Under the pieces are notes generated by a model. The model did not search any database and was not told where the DNA came from. It saw nothing but the letters and a program-made list of their open reading frames with translations. 62,594 nt of DNA from an uncultured Clostridia bacterium (lineage in GTDB: Bacteria; Bacillota; Clostridia; Christensenellales; UBA1242): the NCBI GenBank assembly GCA_937874195.1, contig CALNBM010000066.1:1-62594 (forward strand), written 5' to 3'. Positions 21,407 through 32,038 of the stretch are shown here, piece by piece (the stretch's first letter is position 1; the number at the start of each line of letters is the position of its first letter). The position numbers and the translations under genes were made by a program.

Positions 21407-21547
21407 AAATTGGTTATTAAATAACATATAAATTCAAAGTGAGAAAATCGAAGATAGGCGTTAAAAAAGTCTTCTTACTGCATAATAATCGCTATATAAG
21501 TTGTTTAGTCTTTGCGTTTCATTACAAAGCAAATAAGGGCTTAAAAT

Positions 21548-21820
21548 TTAGACAGTTTTATTTTTTTCTTCTTCGTATTTAGCCAAAACAAGTTCGTTAA
21601 TTTTTTCACGAGTTGGAGTGTTAAGAGGATGTGCAATGTCTTTATATTCGCCATCATTAGTTTGACGACTAGGCATTCTCACAAATAAATCACCTTCGCG
21701 TCCTTCAAAAACCTTAATTTCATGAATGGCAAAACAGTCGTCAATCGTTATAGTAGCGATTGCCTTTAATTTGCTATCTTCCCTTTGCATAATTCTCATG
21801 CGAATTTCTGTAATATTCAA
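21548..21820 (-). CDS. spoVG: Septation/regulatory protein SpoVG
   Basis: NITEIRMRIMQREDSKLKAIATITIDDCFAIHEIKVFEGREGDLFVRMPSRQTNDGEYKDIAHPLNTPTRE is a clear SpoVG fold sequence. The likely start is TTG at 21820, 9 nt after AAGGAG. The ORF track extends to 21880. Confidence 0.88.
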   Translation of the reverse strand: MNITEIRMRIMQREDSKLKAIATITIDDCFAIHEIKVFEGREGDLFVRMPSRQTNDGEYKDIAHPLNTPTREKINELVLAKYEEEKNKTV

Positions 21821-21953
21821 ATCCAAGTTCTCCTTTACTGTAATTAATGGCATTATACCAAATTTTTCCACTTTCCACAACTTTTTTTAAATAGTTTCAT
21901 ATATAAAATTATGGCGTATAAGCGTTTTTAGTTTTTAATAGGAGGACTGCTAT

Positions 21954-23357
21954 TTGAAAGGACCTTTTTTTAGTGCACATGATGGATATCCAAATTTTAG
22001 TTGTGAAATAAGTAAGCCTATCTGGAAATACAAGCATATTTTTTTTATAGGTATTGGTGGAATAAGTATGAGCGCACTCGCTGAGATGTGCATCGGTTTT
22101 GGTTGCTTAGTTAGTGGGTCAGACTTACACGAAAATCAACAAACAAAAAAACTTAAAAAAATAGGTGTTAAGATTTTATTAAAACATGATAGCAACAATA
22201 TTTCTAACGATATTGACTTAGTTGTATATACCGGTGCGGTTAAAAGCGATAATCCCGAGCTTATAGAAGCAAAAAAACGAAATATAATAATCTTTGAGCG
22301 ATCGCAGTTTTTAGGCGAGATTTGTAAGTATTATAAAAATGTTATTGCAATTTCCGGCACTCATGGTAAAACCACAACAACAGCTATTCTTGGAGAAATA
22401 TTTAATGTTGCAGGAAAAAAGCCAACTATTCATTTAGGTGGAGTTGCTGAATTTGGAAATTTGCAGATAGGCGAAAAAGAATATTTTATAACAGAAGCTT
22501 GTGAATACCTAAATAGTTTTTCTTTTATAAATAGCACAACTGCCCTTATCACAAATATAGATGCTGACCATTTAGATTATTATAAAACAAAAGAAAATTT
22601 GAAAATTGCTTTTGAAAATTTCGCACGAAATTCCATACAAAACATAGTACTATTTGAAGATGTTGGACTGAGTAGTGACTCTCTAGAGGGTAAAACTGTA
22701 TATACATGCGGACTAAAAGAAGGTTACGATTGCTATGCATTTAATATAAAAGAATTAGAGCAAGGCTATCAGTTTGAGGTGAATTATAAAAAGAAATACT
22801 TGGGCGTTTTTGAAATTAAAATATTTGGTTTTCATAATATAAAAAATGCACTTTGTGCGATAACTGTTGCTTACATACACGGCGTGGAAGTAGATAAAAT
22901 TAAAGAGGGGCTTAAAAAATTTAACGGAGTTGAGCGAAGATACGAAAAAATTGGCAAAATTGGCAAAACTTATGTTGTGGCGGACTATGCTCATCATCCC
23001 ACAGAAATTACCGCAAGTTTAGAAGGTTACAAAAATAAAAAAGTGCTTACTATTTTTCAACCACATACTTATTCAAGGACTAAAATCTTATTAGATCATT
23101 TTATAGATTGTTTTGTGTGTGACACTGTGGCAATTTTTAAAACCTACCCTGCTCGCGAAAAGCACGACCATGAAGGCGATGAGATAGCACTATATAACGC
23201 GATTAAAAATCGTGAAAAATATTGTTTAAATACCGAAGAGCAGTTACGAATCTTTTTAAAAAACAATGCAAAATATTACGATATAGCACTAATTTTAGGC
23301 GCAGGTGATATTTATGATATTGTTAAAAAGATGCTTGTGGAAAAACAGTTATTGTAA
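21954..23357 (+). CDS. murC: UDP-N-acetylmuramate--L-alanine ligase
   Basis: 467 aa. HIFFIGIGGISMSALAE...GSDL N-terminus, GTHGKTTTT P-loop. TTG start 7 nt after AGGAGG. Confidence 0.9.
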   Translation: MKGPFFSAHDGYPNFSCEISKPIWKYKHIFFIGIGGISMSALAEMCIGFGCLVSGSDLHENQQTKKLKKIGVKILLKHDSNNISNDIDLVVYTGAVKSDNPELIEAKKRNIIIFERSQFLGEICKYYKNVIAISGTHGKTTTTAILGEIFNVAGKKPTIHLGGVAEFGNLQIGEKEYFITEACEYLNSFSFINSTTALITNIDADHLDYYKTKENLKIAFENFARNSIQNIVLFEDVGLSSDSLEGKTVYTCGLKEGYDCYAFNIKELEQGYQFEVNYKKKYLGVFEIKIFGFHNIKNALCAITVAYIHGVEVDKIKEGLKKFNGVERRYEKIGKIGKTYVVADYAHHPTEITASLEGYKNKKVLTIFQPHTYSRTKILLDHFIDCFVCDTVAIFKTYPAREKHDHEGDEIALYNAIKNREKYCLNTEEQLRIFLKNNAKYYDIALILGAGDIYDIVKKMLVEKQLL

Positions 23358-23841
23358 AATTTCTTTTCTCTTTATTTCCGTAAAATCAAACAGACCGAAT
23401 TAGTATAAAAGAATATCTAGACAGTGCAAAACTGCGAGTTTAAAATTAAAATAAACTTCAGGTGTATTTAAGGTGAGAAGTGCTTAGTCTACACCTTTTT
23501 TTAAAAACCACTTTTTAGGTGGATATATTTATTAATTTTAATTTTGGTTTATAAAGTGTGAACTATTGATTTTTAACTTGTGAGAAAATTAGAATTTTAC
23601 TAATATTCTATGAGAAAAAATACTTTTTAGCAAAACTTTTTATGAGTAAAAATATTTACATTTTTTAAGCAAAACTTATTATAAGTAAATAAATAAAATT
23701 AAATACTTAATTGTGTTTTAATTTTTTTTACAATTATTAGTGTTCTCGTCTTTTATAAAAAATCAATTGTAATTTTATAAGTTTGATAGTATAATGAATT
23801 TAACTTTAAATATTTTATTGATTAAATGAAGGAGAGTTGTT

Positions 23842-25293
23842 TTGTCGTTTTGCAAGGTTTCGCATGAATATGTTGCTAATAATTCAACAAACATTGAAAA
23901 TGCTTTTTTTAGCGAATTTATGCCTAGTGCAAACGAAAATTGTGTTAAGGTTTATTTGTATGGACTTTATAAATGTAACGACACCACTTCTGCAAATACC
24001 CTTGAAGATTTTTCCAAAAAGTTAAATATTTCCAAAGAAGATATTATAAGTAGTTTCATGTTTTGGGAAGAAGTTGGATTGGTGAGCATTGTTTCCAAAG
24101 AACCATTTGAAATTAGATATTTACCCGTTAAAAATGGTTCCATAAAATTAAAGAAATTCAATGTTAATAAATACACAAAGTTTAATATCTTAGCGCAAGA
24201 AATTTTAAATGGCAGAGTGATAACCCCGACAGAATTTCAAGAATATTATTTGTTAATGGAAAGTATGCATATTGAAAAAGATGCACTGATTATGATAATT
24301 AAATTTTGCGCAGACAAAAAAGGCAATAATGTAAATTATCCGTATATCTTACAAGTGGCTAAAAACTGGTCGTACGAAGGTGTTAAAACACCTATTGATG
24401 TTGAAGAGCGATTGCTATCTATGCAAAATAGTGAAGGCATGGTGTTGGATATATTAAAAGCATTAGGATTAAAACGAAGTGCTGTCACCGATGAAGAATT
24501 TCAGTTATTTTTGCGCTGGACAAAAGAGATGAAACTTCCTCATGACAATATTTTAATGGTTGCACAAAAGTGTAAAAATAAAGCAGGCGGATTTAATAGA
24601 TTAAATGTTATGCTGGAAAAAGTTTATAATCTAAACTTAAATAGCGTTAAAGAAATAAATGATTATTTTAAAAATGAAGAAGAGTTTTATAACCTTGCTA
24701 AAGAAATTTGCAGAACTCTTGGCGTTAGATATGATAACTATGAAACAGTGGTAGAAAATTATATTATAAACTGGATAGGACTTGGTTTTGACACCGACAC
24801 ATTAAATCAAATCGCAGTTTACTGTTTTAAAACAACTATTCGCACACTTCAAGGTATGGATGAAAAAGTTAGTTATTTATTTAAGCAGGGGCTTGTTACA
24901 TCTTCAAGTATTGATAACTTTATAGCCGACACCATAAAAGAAGATGAGAAAATAAAAGAAATTCTTGAAAAAATAGGGATAAATAGGAGAGTTGTGGCAA
25001 GCGACCGCATGCTTTATCAAACATGGACAAACACCTGGAAACATTCGCAAGAATTAATGGATTATGTTGCTATGCTTTCTGTTGGTAAGCAGATGCCACT
25101 ATCATACTTTAATAAAATTTTATCCATATATTACATAAATAAAATCACAACAGTGGAAGAAGCAAAAGCATCAAATATAAGTGTGACAAATAAAAAAAGT
25201 GTTGCCGAAGCTAAAAAACCAATACGACGAGAATATACCGCTAGTCAATTAAATAGCTTATTCGACAGTGTTTACGAAGTGGAGGTAAGTTAA
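23842..25293 (+). CDS. DnaD/DnaB-family replication initiation / helicase-loading protein
   Basis: 483 aa. DnaD-like repeat (...IKFCADKKGNNVNYPYILQVAKNWSYEGVKTPIDVEE). Immediately upstream of and overlapping dnaI, as in the Firmicute dnaB-dnaI operon. Confidence 0.75.
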   Translation: MSFCKVSHEYVANNSTNIENAFFSEFMPSANENCVKVYLYGLYKCNDTTSANTLEDFSKKLNISKEDIISSFMFWEEVGLVSIVSKEPFEIRYLPVKNGSIKLKKFNVNKYTKFNILAQEILNGRVITPTEFQEYYLLMESMHIEKDALIMIIKFCADKKGNNVNYPYILQVAKNWSYEGVKTPIDVEERLLSMQNSEGMVLDILKALGLKRSAVTDEEFQLFLRWTKEMKLPHDNILMVAQKCKNKAGGFNRLNVMLEKVYNLNLNSVKEINDYFKNEEEFYNLAKEICRTLGVRYDNYETVVENYIINWIGLGFDTDTLNQIAVYCFKTTIRTLQGMDEKVSYLFKQGLVTSSSIDNFIADTIKEDEKIKEILEKIGINRRVVASDRMLYQTWTNTWKHSQELMDYVAMLSVGKQMPLSYFNKILSIYYINKITTVEEAKASNISVTNKKSVAEAKKPIRREYTASQLNSLFDSVYEVEVS

Positions 25294-26240
25294 TGAAAAA
25301 TTGGTCAGACTTAAAAAGTGAAGTAGAAAGTGAAATAATTAGTAGACACCAGTTAGCAAAAAACAATGCGCAACTAAACTTAGATAAAATTTTAGAAACA
25401 AATATTGATATCAAAAACATATATGAAGAAAGAAAAAGCTTAGTTTCTAAAATTGCACGAGAGGAAATGAGTGGTAATAGTGCGGACAGTTTAAAGCAAC
25501 GTTATAAAGAATTAGGAAATAAAATTAAAAAAAAATTAGAACAAAAAAAAATTAGCAAAGAAGAAATTTTGCCTAATTATTTTTGTAAGGTTTGTGAAGA
25601 TACTGGAAGGATTAATAATGATTTATGCAAGTGTTATAAAAAAGAGTTAGAAATATTACAATATAAAAACAACAATCTTGATGTTATGAATTTGCCATCC
25701 TTTGAAACCACAAAATTTGATAAAATAAAAGAAGAAAAACAACGCAAACAAAATAAAGCACTTTATGAAAGTATTCAAAAATTATTGCGTGCGGAAAAAC
25801 TTAGCAAAAACACAATAACAATTTTTGGAAATGTGGGAACGGGCAAAACACATTTGATGGAATGTATTGCACACGATGCAATCAAAAAAGGACTACATAC
25901 AATTTATTTGTCATTTTTTAATTTTAATAAAAAAATGTTAGGAGTGCATTGCCAAAATACACTTGAAAAAGAAGGCGCACTTGCCCCATATTTAGAATGT
26001 GATATTTTATTATTGGATGACATGGGAAGTGAGAATATTTTTAAAAATGTGACTTTGGAATACCTTTATTTAATATTAGATGAACGAATGTGTAAAAATA
26101 AACTAACAATTTTGACCACGAATTTAACATTTGAGCAAATTCGGGAAGTTTATGATGAGCGCATATTTAGTAGAATAGCAAGCACGCAGCAATCACAAAA
26201 ATTTCAACTTAGCGGTGAAGATTTAAGGTTAAATATATAA
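25293..26240 (+). CDS. dnaI: Primosomal helicase loader DnaI (AAA+)
   Basis: 315 aa. N-terminal zinc module (CKVCEDTGRINNDLCKC), Walker A GNVGTGKTHLM, Walker B LLLDDMGSE. Confidence 0.85.
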   Translation: MKNWSDLKSEVESEIISRHQLAKNNAQLNLDKILETNIDIKNIYEERKSLVSKIAREEMSGNSADSLKQRYKELGNKIKKKLEQKKISKEEILPNYFCKVCEDTGRINNDLCKCYKKELEILQYKNNNLDVMNLPSFETTKFDKIKEEKQRKQNKALYESIQKLLRAEKLSKNTITIFGNVGTGKTHLMECIAHDAIKKGLHTIYLSFFNFNKKMLGVHCQNTLEKEGALAPYLECDILLLDDMGSENIFKNVTLEYLYLILDERMCKNKLTILTTNLTFEQIREVYDERIFSRIASTQQSQKFQLSGEDLRLNI

Positions 26241-26593
26241 ATAACTGCTTTTAAATTGTTATTGTTGGTGAAAAACAATTAATGCAGGTGAATAAAATAA
26301 TTAAAAGAAAATTCAAACAAAAGAATTTAATTTTTTTTATAAATCAAAAAGTTCCCAATAAAGATTTATAGTTTAGTTCAATTCTTATTAGTGTTAAGAT
26401 TTTAAAAATATTTTTTTTAATTTTCGTAGAAGTTAGAGTGAGCAATATAATAACACACATTTTTTAGTTTAGTTTGATTAAATAATTTAAAAATAATAAA
26501 CTTAAAGAATAAAAAAGATTTATTTATAAGTAACTTTTAAAAAAAAATATATGGGATATCCATATATTTTTTATTTAGCATATTTAAATCTCT

Positions 26594-27160
26594 TTAACTC
26601 AATATTCCTGTTATGATAGCATCATATAAGAAGATATTTAATAATATCATAACAACAGTAAGTGAAGAAACTGTAATTAAAGTAACTTTTGAAAAAGTTT
26701 TTTTGTTTCTAATAAATTGTATGATTGCATAAGACATTGACATCACAATAAAGGTGAAAGGTATAACTGCAGTTATCCAAACAGGTGCACCAGCAGGAGC
26801 AGGTAATTTTCCAACTAAGAAAGAAACTGTATAAAGCATAGTTCTAGCAGAATTTTGAAAAGTATATGTGGCTCCACCTGCATCAGTAGAAGTAACATAT
26901 CCAAAAACGCCAATAATAATCATAAATATAGTAAGTATACTATATGAAGCAAGCACCCAGGAAACGATACCCATAGTTGTTGATTCGCTCTTTGGTACGA
27001 CTGGTCGTTCTTTTCTTATATGTTCAGCACGCACATACGGTTTAACTGTTGGTTCAGTTTTAATTTCTGTTTCAGATTTAACCTGACTTAGGTTTTTTTG
27101 ACAAAATGAACAAAAGCTAGAATCTTCTGGAATTTCTTTTCCACAATATCTACAAAACAT
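26594..27160 (-). CDS. Zinc-ribbon membrane protein (hypothetical)
   Basis: MFCRYCGKEIPEDSSFCSFCQKNL zinc ribbon, then about 4 predicted TM segments. Confidence 0.6.
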   Translation of the reverse strand: MFCRYCGKEIPEDSSFCSFCQKNLSQVKSETEIKTEPTVKPYVRAEHIRKERPVVPKSESTTMGIVSWVLASYSILTIFMIIIGVFGYVTSTDAGGATYTFQNSARTMLYTVSFLVGKLPAPAGAPVWITAVIPFTFIVMSMSYAIIQFIRNKKTFSKVTLITVSSLTVVMILLNIFLYDAIITGILS

Positions 27161-27611
27161 TTCTTTACCTCTCTAAAATAATTAATATGATTTATTATAT
27201 CTTAATATTAGCGTAATCGCAAATTAAATTAAGAATTTTTAAAACAAAATCTTCAAAGTATAATACAAGTTGGATTTAATTTGAAATAGGGTATATGTTA
27301 AAAGCATCAAATGGGAATCTTTATCATTATAAAAAACAAGTTAAAAAACTTTTACTTTTAGACTTGAAATGAAACTGTTGTATTATTCGAATATTTTTCT
27401 TGTAAAAAACTTTTAAATTTATGCGTTTTTATAATGTATTTTGATAATATTTCCACATTAGTATGGTACTTTAATTTCATTTTGAAATCATTTTTATTTT
27501 ATGAATAAAATATCATCTTTTGGTTTTTTATGTAACACGGATTTTTTTTGCTTAATTATTGCTTGTAAGATTTTTTTGTTTCACACGAATAATATATATA
27601 GGCTTGCTTTT

Positions 27612-27710
27612 AAAAAACAAAAGAGGCGCTACGACGCACCTCTTTTGTTACCTAATAATGTGTATAGGTTGAATGAAAAATGGAAAAACATTTTAACTTA
27701 ATTAAAATGT
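27612..27710 (-). ncRNA. Candidate orphan small RNA (~100 nt)
   Basis: Minus-strand perfect TTGACA (27745-27740), 17-nt spacer, TATAAT (27722-27717). 5' hairpin ACATTTTAA/TTAAAATGT at 27710-27688. Intrinsic terminator at 27648-27612 (AAGAGG..CCTCTT stem then TTTTGTTTTTT). No convincing ORF or RBS inside. Confidence 0.45.
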
Positions 27711-28022
27711 ATTCTCATTATATAGTGGAAATGTGCTTTTGTCAATACCCTTTTTGAAATTAATTGTATAAAAAATCAATTATTTTTTACTTATTTTTAA
27801 AGTAATCAATAAATTATCAAAAAATCGCATAAAACTTGGCTTTGTTGAATTTAAACAGTGCTAAAATTGATAACAAAGAAAAGTAAAGAACAGTTTTTAT
27901 ATTGTAAATATTTTCTAAAAAACTTCACTTTTATTTAAAAAAACAGAATTGCAAAATTGTATTGTTAGAAAAATATTTCTCTTGCAAAAGGCTTTTTAAT
28001 TTGAATTTTTTTCGTGCATAGT

Positions 28023-28325
28023 TTATTGTTTTTTAGCAATTTTAAGAATAGTGTTATAATTGTCATCTTGAGCGCATTTGTTTTTAACTATATGTCCGCA
28101 AATATTACATTTATGCACAATGATAAATCCCTTTTTTGAGTTTGTTTGAATATCAATCGGACAAAGCAATCCCTTACATAAATTTGCTCTATCCCCCGGC
28201 ATAATATCAACATGCAAGGAGTGTAAACAATTTGGGCAATGGTTTCGTGAAGAATATCCTAGCGGTTTAACAATGTTGCCACAGTTTACGCAAATAAATC
28301 CGTCATCATTCTTTTTAAAATTCAT
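28023..28325 (-). CDS. RNHCP-domain zinc-binding protein
   Basis: 100 aa. CVNCG...SSRNHCPNCLHSLHVD...CKGLL...HKCNICGH matches the RNHCP family pattern. Confidence 0.75.
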   Translation of the reverse strand: MNFKKNDDGFICVNCGNIVKPLGYSSRNHCPNCLHSLHVDIMPGDRANLCKGLLCPIDIQTNSKKGFIIVHKCNICGHIVKNKCAQDDNYNTILKIAKKQ

Positions 28326-28703
28326 AATTTTCCTTTAAATTACTAATAGTATGTATTTTTTAAAATAGTATTAATCTATGGTTAAAATTTATATTAAACA
28401 AGTGCGTACGAAGTTACGGATAAGAGCGGTGCGCAATTTCTTACAAATGTTTTCACTTAGTTGATAAGCGTGAAACTCATGCATTTTCTCTTAATTATAA
28501 TTTATTTCGTTCATGCTGTCTTGTTTTATTATAATAAAATGATATGTTGACCTTGTTCTAGATTTAAAAATGTGAGAATTAATTTTAATTATTATTAAAG
28601 GTGTTTTTTTTGAAAAAACAATTAATTAGGGAGTAATTTTAAAAAAAATCATAAACTTATGAACACAAAAATTTATTAGTAAAATAATATTTTGTGGTTA
28701 TAT

Positions 28704-29414
28704 TTATTGCAGTTTTTTAACCAGTTCTTCATAGTCTATAAAAAGTCCTTCATCTCTAAAACTAAAAAAACATGATTCACCAATTATTATGTGGTCTATA
28801 AGAGAGTAGCCTGCAAGCCGAGCGGATATATATAAGTTTTTAGTAAAAGATACATCGCTCAAGCTTGGTGAACTTTTGCCGTGTGGATGATTATGACAAA
28901 CTAAAAATTTTGTGCATAAGTTTTTATTTAAAATATTTAAAATATCTTTGATTTGAACGGAAACACTAGCATCTGTTCCAAACGCCAATTTTTCGTAGTG
29001 CGTTATTTGCATGTTGTTATTAACACAAGCAACATAAAATTGCTCAATTGATGAGCTTGATAAAATTTTTCTAAAAAATTCTGAAGTGTCAAACGAATTA
29101 AAAATTTTAAAATTATTTTCTTTTTCGTTTTTATTATAATAAGATATAACATCTTTAAGTGTGCTTAGGTAAACAGCCAGCACATTGCCAATTCCATCTA
29201 TTGTTTGCAGTTCCTTTTGAGATGACTGTAAAACACCTTTAAAAGAGCCAAATTTTTTTATAAGATTGTGAGCTAACACATTTGTATCTTTTCTAGGAAT
29301 AACAAAAGATAAAACATACTCTAACACTTGGTGCTCCTGCATGTTTTCCAGGCCTGTTTTAACTATGGTTTCACGAAGACGCTTTCTATGACCTTCGTGC
29401 ACATGATTATTCAT
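28704..29414 (-). CDS. radC: RadC-family JAB/MPN domain protein
   Basis: 236 aa. N-terminal HEGHRKRLRE and HhH (LQTIDGIGNVLA). C-terminal JAMM motif HNHPHGKSSPSLSD. Confidence 0.85.
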   Translation of the reverse strand: MNNHVHEGHRKRLRETIVKTGLENMQEHQVLEYVLSFVIPRKDTNVLAHNLIKKFGSFKGVLQSSQKELQTIDGIGNVLAVYLSTLKDVISYYNKNEKENNFKIFNSFDTSEFFRKILSSSSIEQFYVACVNNNMQITHYEKLAFGTDASVSVQIKDILNILNKNLCTKFLVCHNHPHGKSSPSLSDVSFTKNLYISARLAGYSLIDHIIIGESCFFSFRDEGLFIDYEELVKKLQ

Positions 29415-29485
29415 GATTTTATCTTACATTATTTTAAAGCTTTTTACAAATAAATTGCGCGCTTTTACATTGTCTAATATTTTGT

Positions 29486-29514
29486 TTGACATTAAGAAAA
29501 CATATTAATATAAT
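29486..29514 (+). promoter_or_regulatory. Consensus sigma-A promoter ~390 nt upstream of degV
   Basis: TTGACA (29486-29491), 17-nt spacer, TATAAT (29509-29514), both perfect. Confidence 0.55.
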
Positions 29515-29907
29515 AGAATATTGTTTGAAAATATTAGTTTTGATTACTAGTTACGCCTTAAAAAGATAAATAAAACTTATCAGGAGAATTGTATAGCACT
29601 GCATAGAATTAGTTTTCTATTATTAAAAATAAATCAAGCATATATGTAAAAATAAGTTAAAAAACTATTTAATAGCTCAAACATATCATGAAAAAAATTT
29701 AAAAATTATTTAAAAGTGAAAAATATAATTAACCAGATAGAGATTATGCTAAAAAAATTATAATCAAGTTCTTATAGTATATTTAAAATGAAAGTGATTT
29801 AAGTTACTAAGTTTAATGTTTTAAAAATAATAAACAAATCATATTATATGGCAGAACTTATTTATAGAAAGAGATATGTTTAACAAAACACTAAGGTAAG
29901 GAAAAAA

Positions 29908-30762
29908 ATGAAAATAAAAATTACATGTGATAGCGCAACAGATTTAACAAAAGAACAAATAGCAAAAAACGATATTGCGGTTATTCCCTTTATTATAACA
30001 ATGGGCGATAAAACATATCGTGATGGTGTGGATTTATTTCCTCAAATGATATTTGATTTTGTTGCAAAAAATAAAATTCTTCCAAAAACTTCTGCTATAA
30101 ACGCTTTTGAATATGAGCAGTTTTTTAAAAAGCAGTTAAAGGAGCACGATGCACTTATACATATATCTGTTTCATCCAAAGTTTCCAGTACTATTGTAAA
30201 TGCAGAAAAAGCGGCGGAAAATATAAAAAATGTTTTCGTCATAGATTCGCTTTCGCTTTCCAGTGGAACAGCTGTGCAACTATTATACGCATGTGACCTG
30301 CGAGCGCAAGGCCTAAACGCACAAGAAATTGTGGAAAAAGTAAACGCGCGTCGTGAGTTTGTGCAGGCAAGTTTTATTACAAATAAAATAGATTATTTAT
30401 ATAAGGGCGGAAGGTGTTCAAGTTTGCAGTTATTAGGTGCAAACCTGTTAAAAATTCATCCATCAATTATTCTTCGAAAGGGTAAAATGCAAATGAATAA
30501 AAAGTTTATGGGGAATTTAGCGAAGGTTCAAAAAAACTATCTTGAAGATACTATAAAGGAATTTAATACCCCTGACAACAATTGTGTGTTTATAACATAT
30601 AGCAGTGCAACTCCAGAAATGCTGGAACTATTTAGAACATTTATAAAAGAAAAAACCAACTTTAAACAAGTGCATGAGGCGTTTGCCAGTGCCACTATAA
30701 CCTCTCACTGCGGGGAAAACACCATTGGAATTTTATATTATAATGATGGCGATAAGTTATAA
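29908..30762 (+). CDS. DegV-family fatty-acid-binding protein
   Basis: 284 aa. MKIKITCDSATDLTKEQ...TSAINAFEYEQFF... is a typical DegV layout. Confidence 0.85.
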   Translation: MKIKITCDSATDLTKEQIAKNDIAVIPFIITMGDKTYRDGVDLFPQMIFDFVAKNKILPKTSAINAFEYEQFFKKQLKEHDALIHISVSSKVSSTIVNAEKAAENIKNVFVIDSLSLSSGTAVQLLYACDLRAQGLNAQEIVEKVNARREFVQASFITNKIDYLYKGGRCSSLQLLGANLLKIHPSIILRKGKMQMNKKFMGNLAKVQKNYLEDTIKEFNTPDNNCVFITYSSATPEMLELFRTFIKEKTNFKQVHEAFASATITSHCGENTIGILYYNDGDKL

Positions 30763-31206
30763 AAATAAAAAGGCAAGGACCCGGCACAAGTTAAATTCTG
30801 CATCACTGACTTAATTAGTTCATTGTTGTATTAATCGATTTAATGCAGGAGCAGGGCACTTTCGTGTTCGTGATTTCAACTTGCCTTTTTTGTTTGAGAA
30901 GTAAGCCACACACTATGCGTGTGAAGTGTGAAAACTTTTATAAGTTTGAATAGATAAAAACACCTTATTTTTTAAATAAAACCAAGCAAGAATAATTAAA
31001 AATAAACAAAAAAATAGTCTGGCACACTAAACTGAGTTTGAAACTTGTGAGACCAGATAATATTTTTTTAATTACTATAAGTAAAGTAATTTAACGCTTA
31101 AAGAGTTATTTACTTTTTTATTATATAAATAAAGTAAATAACTAATTTATTTTTATCCATTGATTTGCGTAAAAGGTGATTTTATCAAATAAACATCGCA
31201 AAATAA

Positions 31207-31779
31207 TTATTGATTTACCTGTGGAAGTGTTAAGAAGTTATAAAAATTATCAAGCGTGTTGGAAAGTGTCATAACCAGACCAAATTCAGCAGGGTAATTA
31301 GCAAATAAAGTTATCATGTTTTTTAGCACGCAGTAAAATAAGTCAATTATTTTATCTCGTAGTCGCCGTCTATTCGTACTTTGACTAAAACATGGTGGCG
31401 GGCAGGTTGTTCCTCTTAGATTAAAACTTTCAACAAAACTGTTTTTAGTTTGTGCAACTGAGTTTGCTATATTATTTAGGCTTTGGCGTAGCGATGCGTT
31501 GGGGGACTTGCAAGCATATTCTTTTAAATAGCAATCAAGTTGCCCTAATCCATTAATAATGTTAATAACAAGTGAATTAATTTCACTTGCAGTTAGGTTT
31601 TGTAAACTAACCACCAAATTATCGATTTCAGGGCTAGGAATTGCAGGAGCGGGCACCGGTGCTGGTGCTGTGGTATCAGGTTCAAATTCAACCTGCAATT
31701 TTTTAGATTTCAAATATTCTTTATTTAGCTTTTCCACTAAAACTTCCGGCAAATTTTCCGGATAATCATTATATTTCAT
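31207..31779 (-). CDS. Hypothetical protein (190 aa) with a Pro/Ala linker
   Basis: Long ORF. APAPVPAPAIPSP linker and several Cys. I recognise no family. Confidence 0.5.
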   Translation of the reverse strand: MKYNDYPENLPEVLVEKLNKEYLKSKKLQVEFEPDTTAPAPVPAPAIPSPEIDNLVVSLQNLTASEINSLVINIINGLGQLDCYLKEYACKSPNASLRQSLNNIANSVAQTKNSFVESFNLRGTTCPPPCFSQSTNRRRLRDKIIDLFYCVLKNMITLFANYPAEFGLVMTLSNTLDNFYNFLTLPQVNQ

Positions 31780-31863
31780 ATATTTTTCCCTTTATCTTAT
31801 CATAATTATTTATATGATTTAAAATAAAAAACAATGCATAAGTTAAAATTTTTAATATTTCTC

Positions 31864-32038
31864 TTTACAAAAGAAATAAAGTGTGATAATATATTTAGAA
31901 GATAGTAGTTTTTTCCACCTATTTGCAACTTTGGACTTGTCTGATTTGTAAATTAAAAACTACTATCTTTTTTTTCAGGTTTTTCTGTTTTAATTAAAAC
32001 TGATGCAGTTTTATCGATTTTTAGATAAAACTTTTTTT
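31864..32038 (+). promoter_or_regulatory. Promoter plus structured leader (two terminator-like hairpins) upstream of tex
   Basis: TTTACA (31864-31869), 17-nt spacer, TGaTAATAT extended -10 (31884-31892). 14-bp arms AGATAGTAGTTTTT (31900-31913) / AAAAACTACTATCT (31955-31968) followed by T8. Second hairpin GTTTTATC/GATAAAAC (32008-32031) followed by T7. Confidence 0.5.

Noticed and set aside
27501-27701. 66-aa ORF in the 860-bp spacer.
   Set aside because: No RBS. It crosses the intrinsic terminator hairpin at 27612-27648 and overlaps the better-supported minus-strand sRNA candidate.
28326-28500. About 160-nt G+C-richer 5' region of the RNHCP gene (GTGCGTACGAAGTTACGGATAAGAGCGGTGCGC; hairpin GTTTCAC/GTGAAAC), considered as a riboswitch.
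   Set aside because: I could not derive a consistent fold or match any riboswitch consensus by eye. It is worth a cmscan but is not supportable as a feature.
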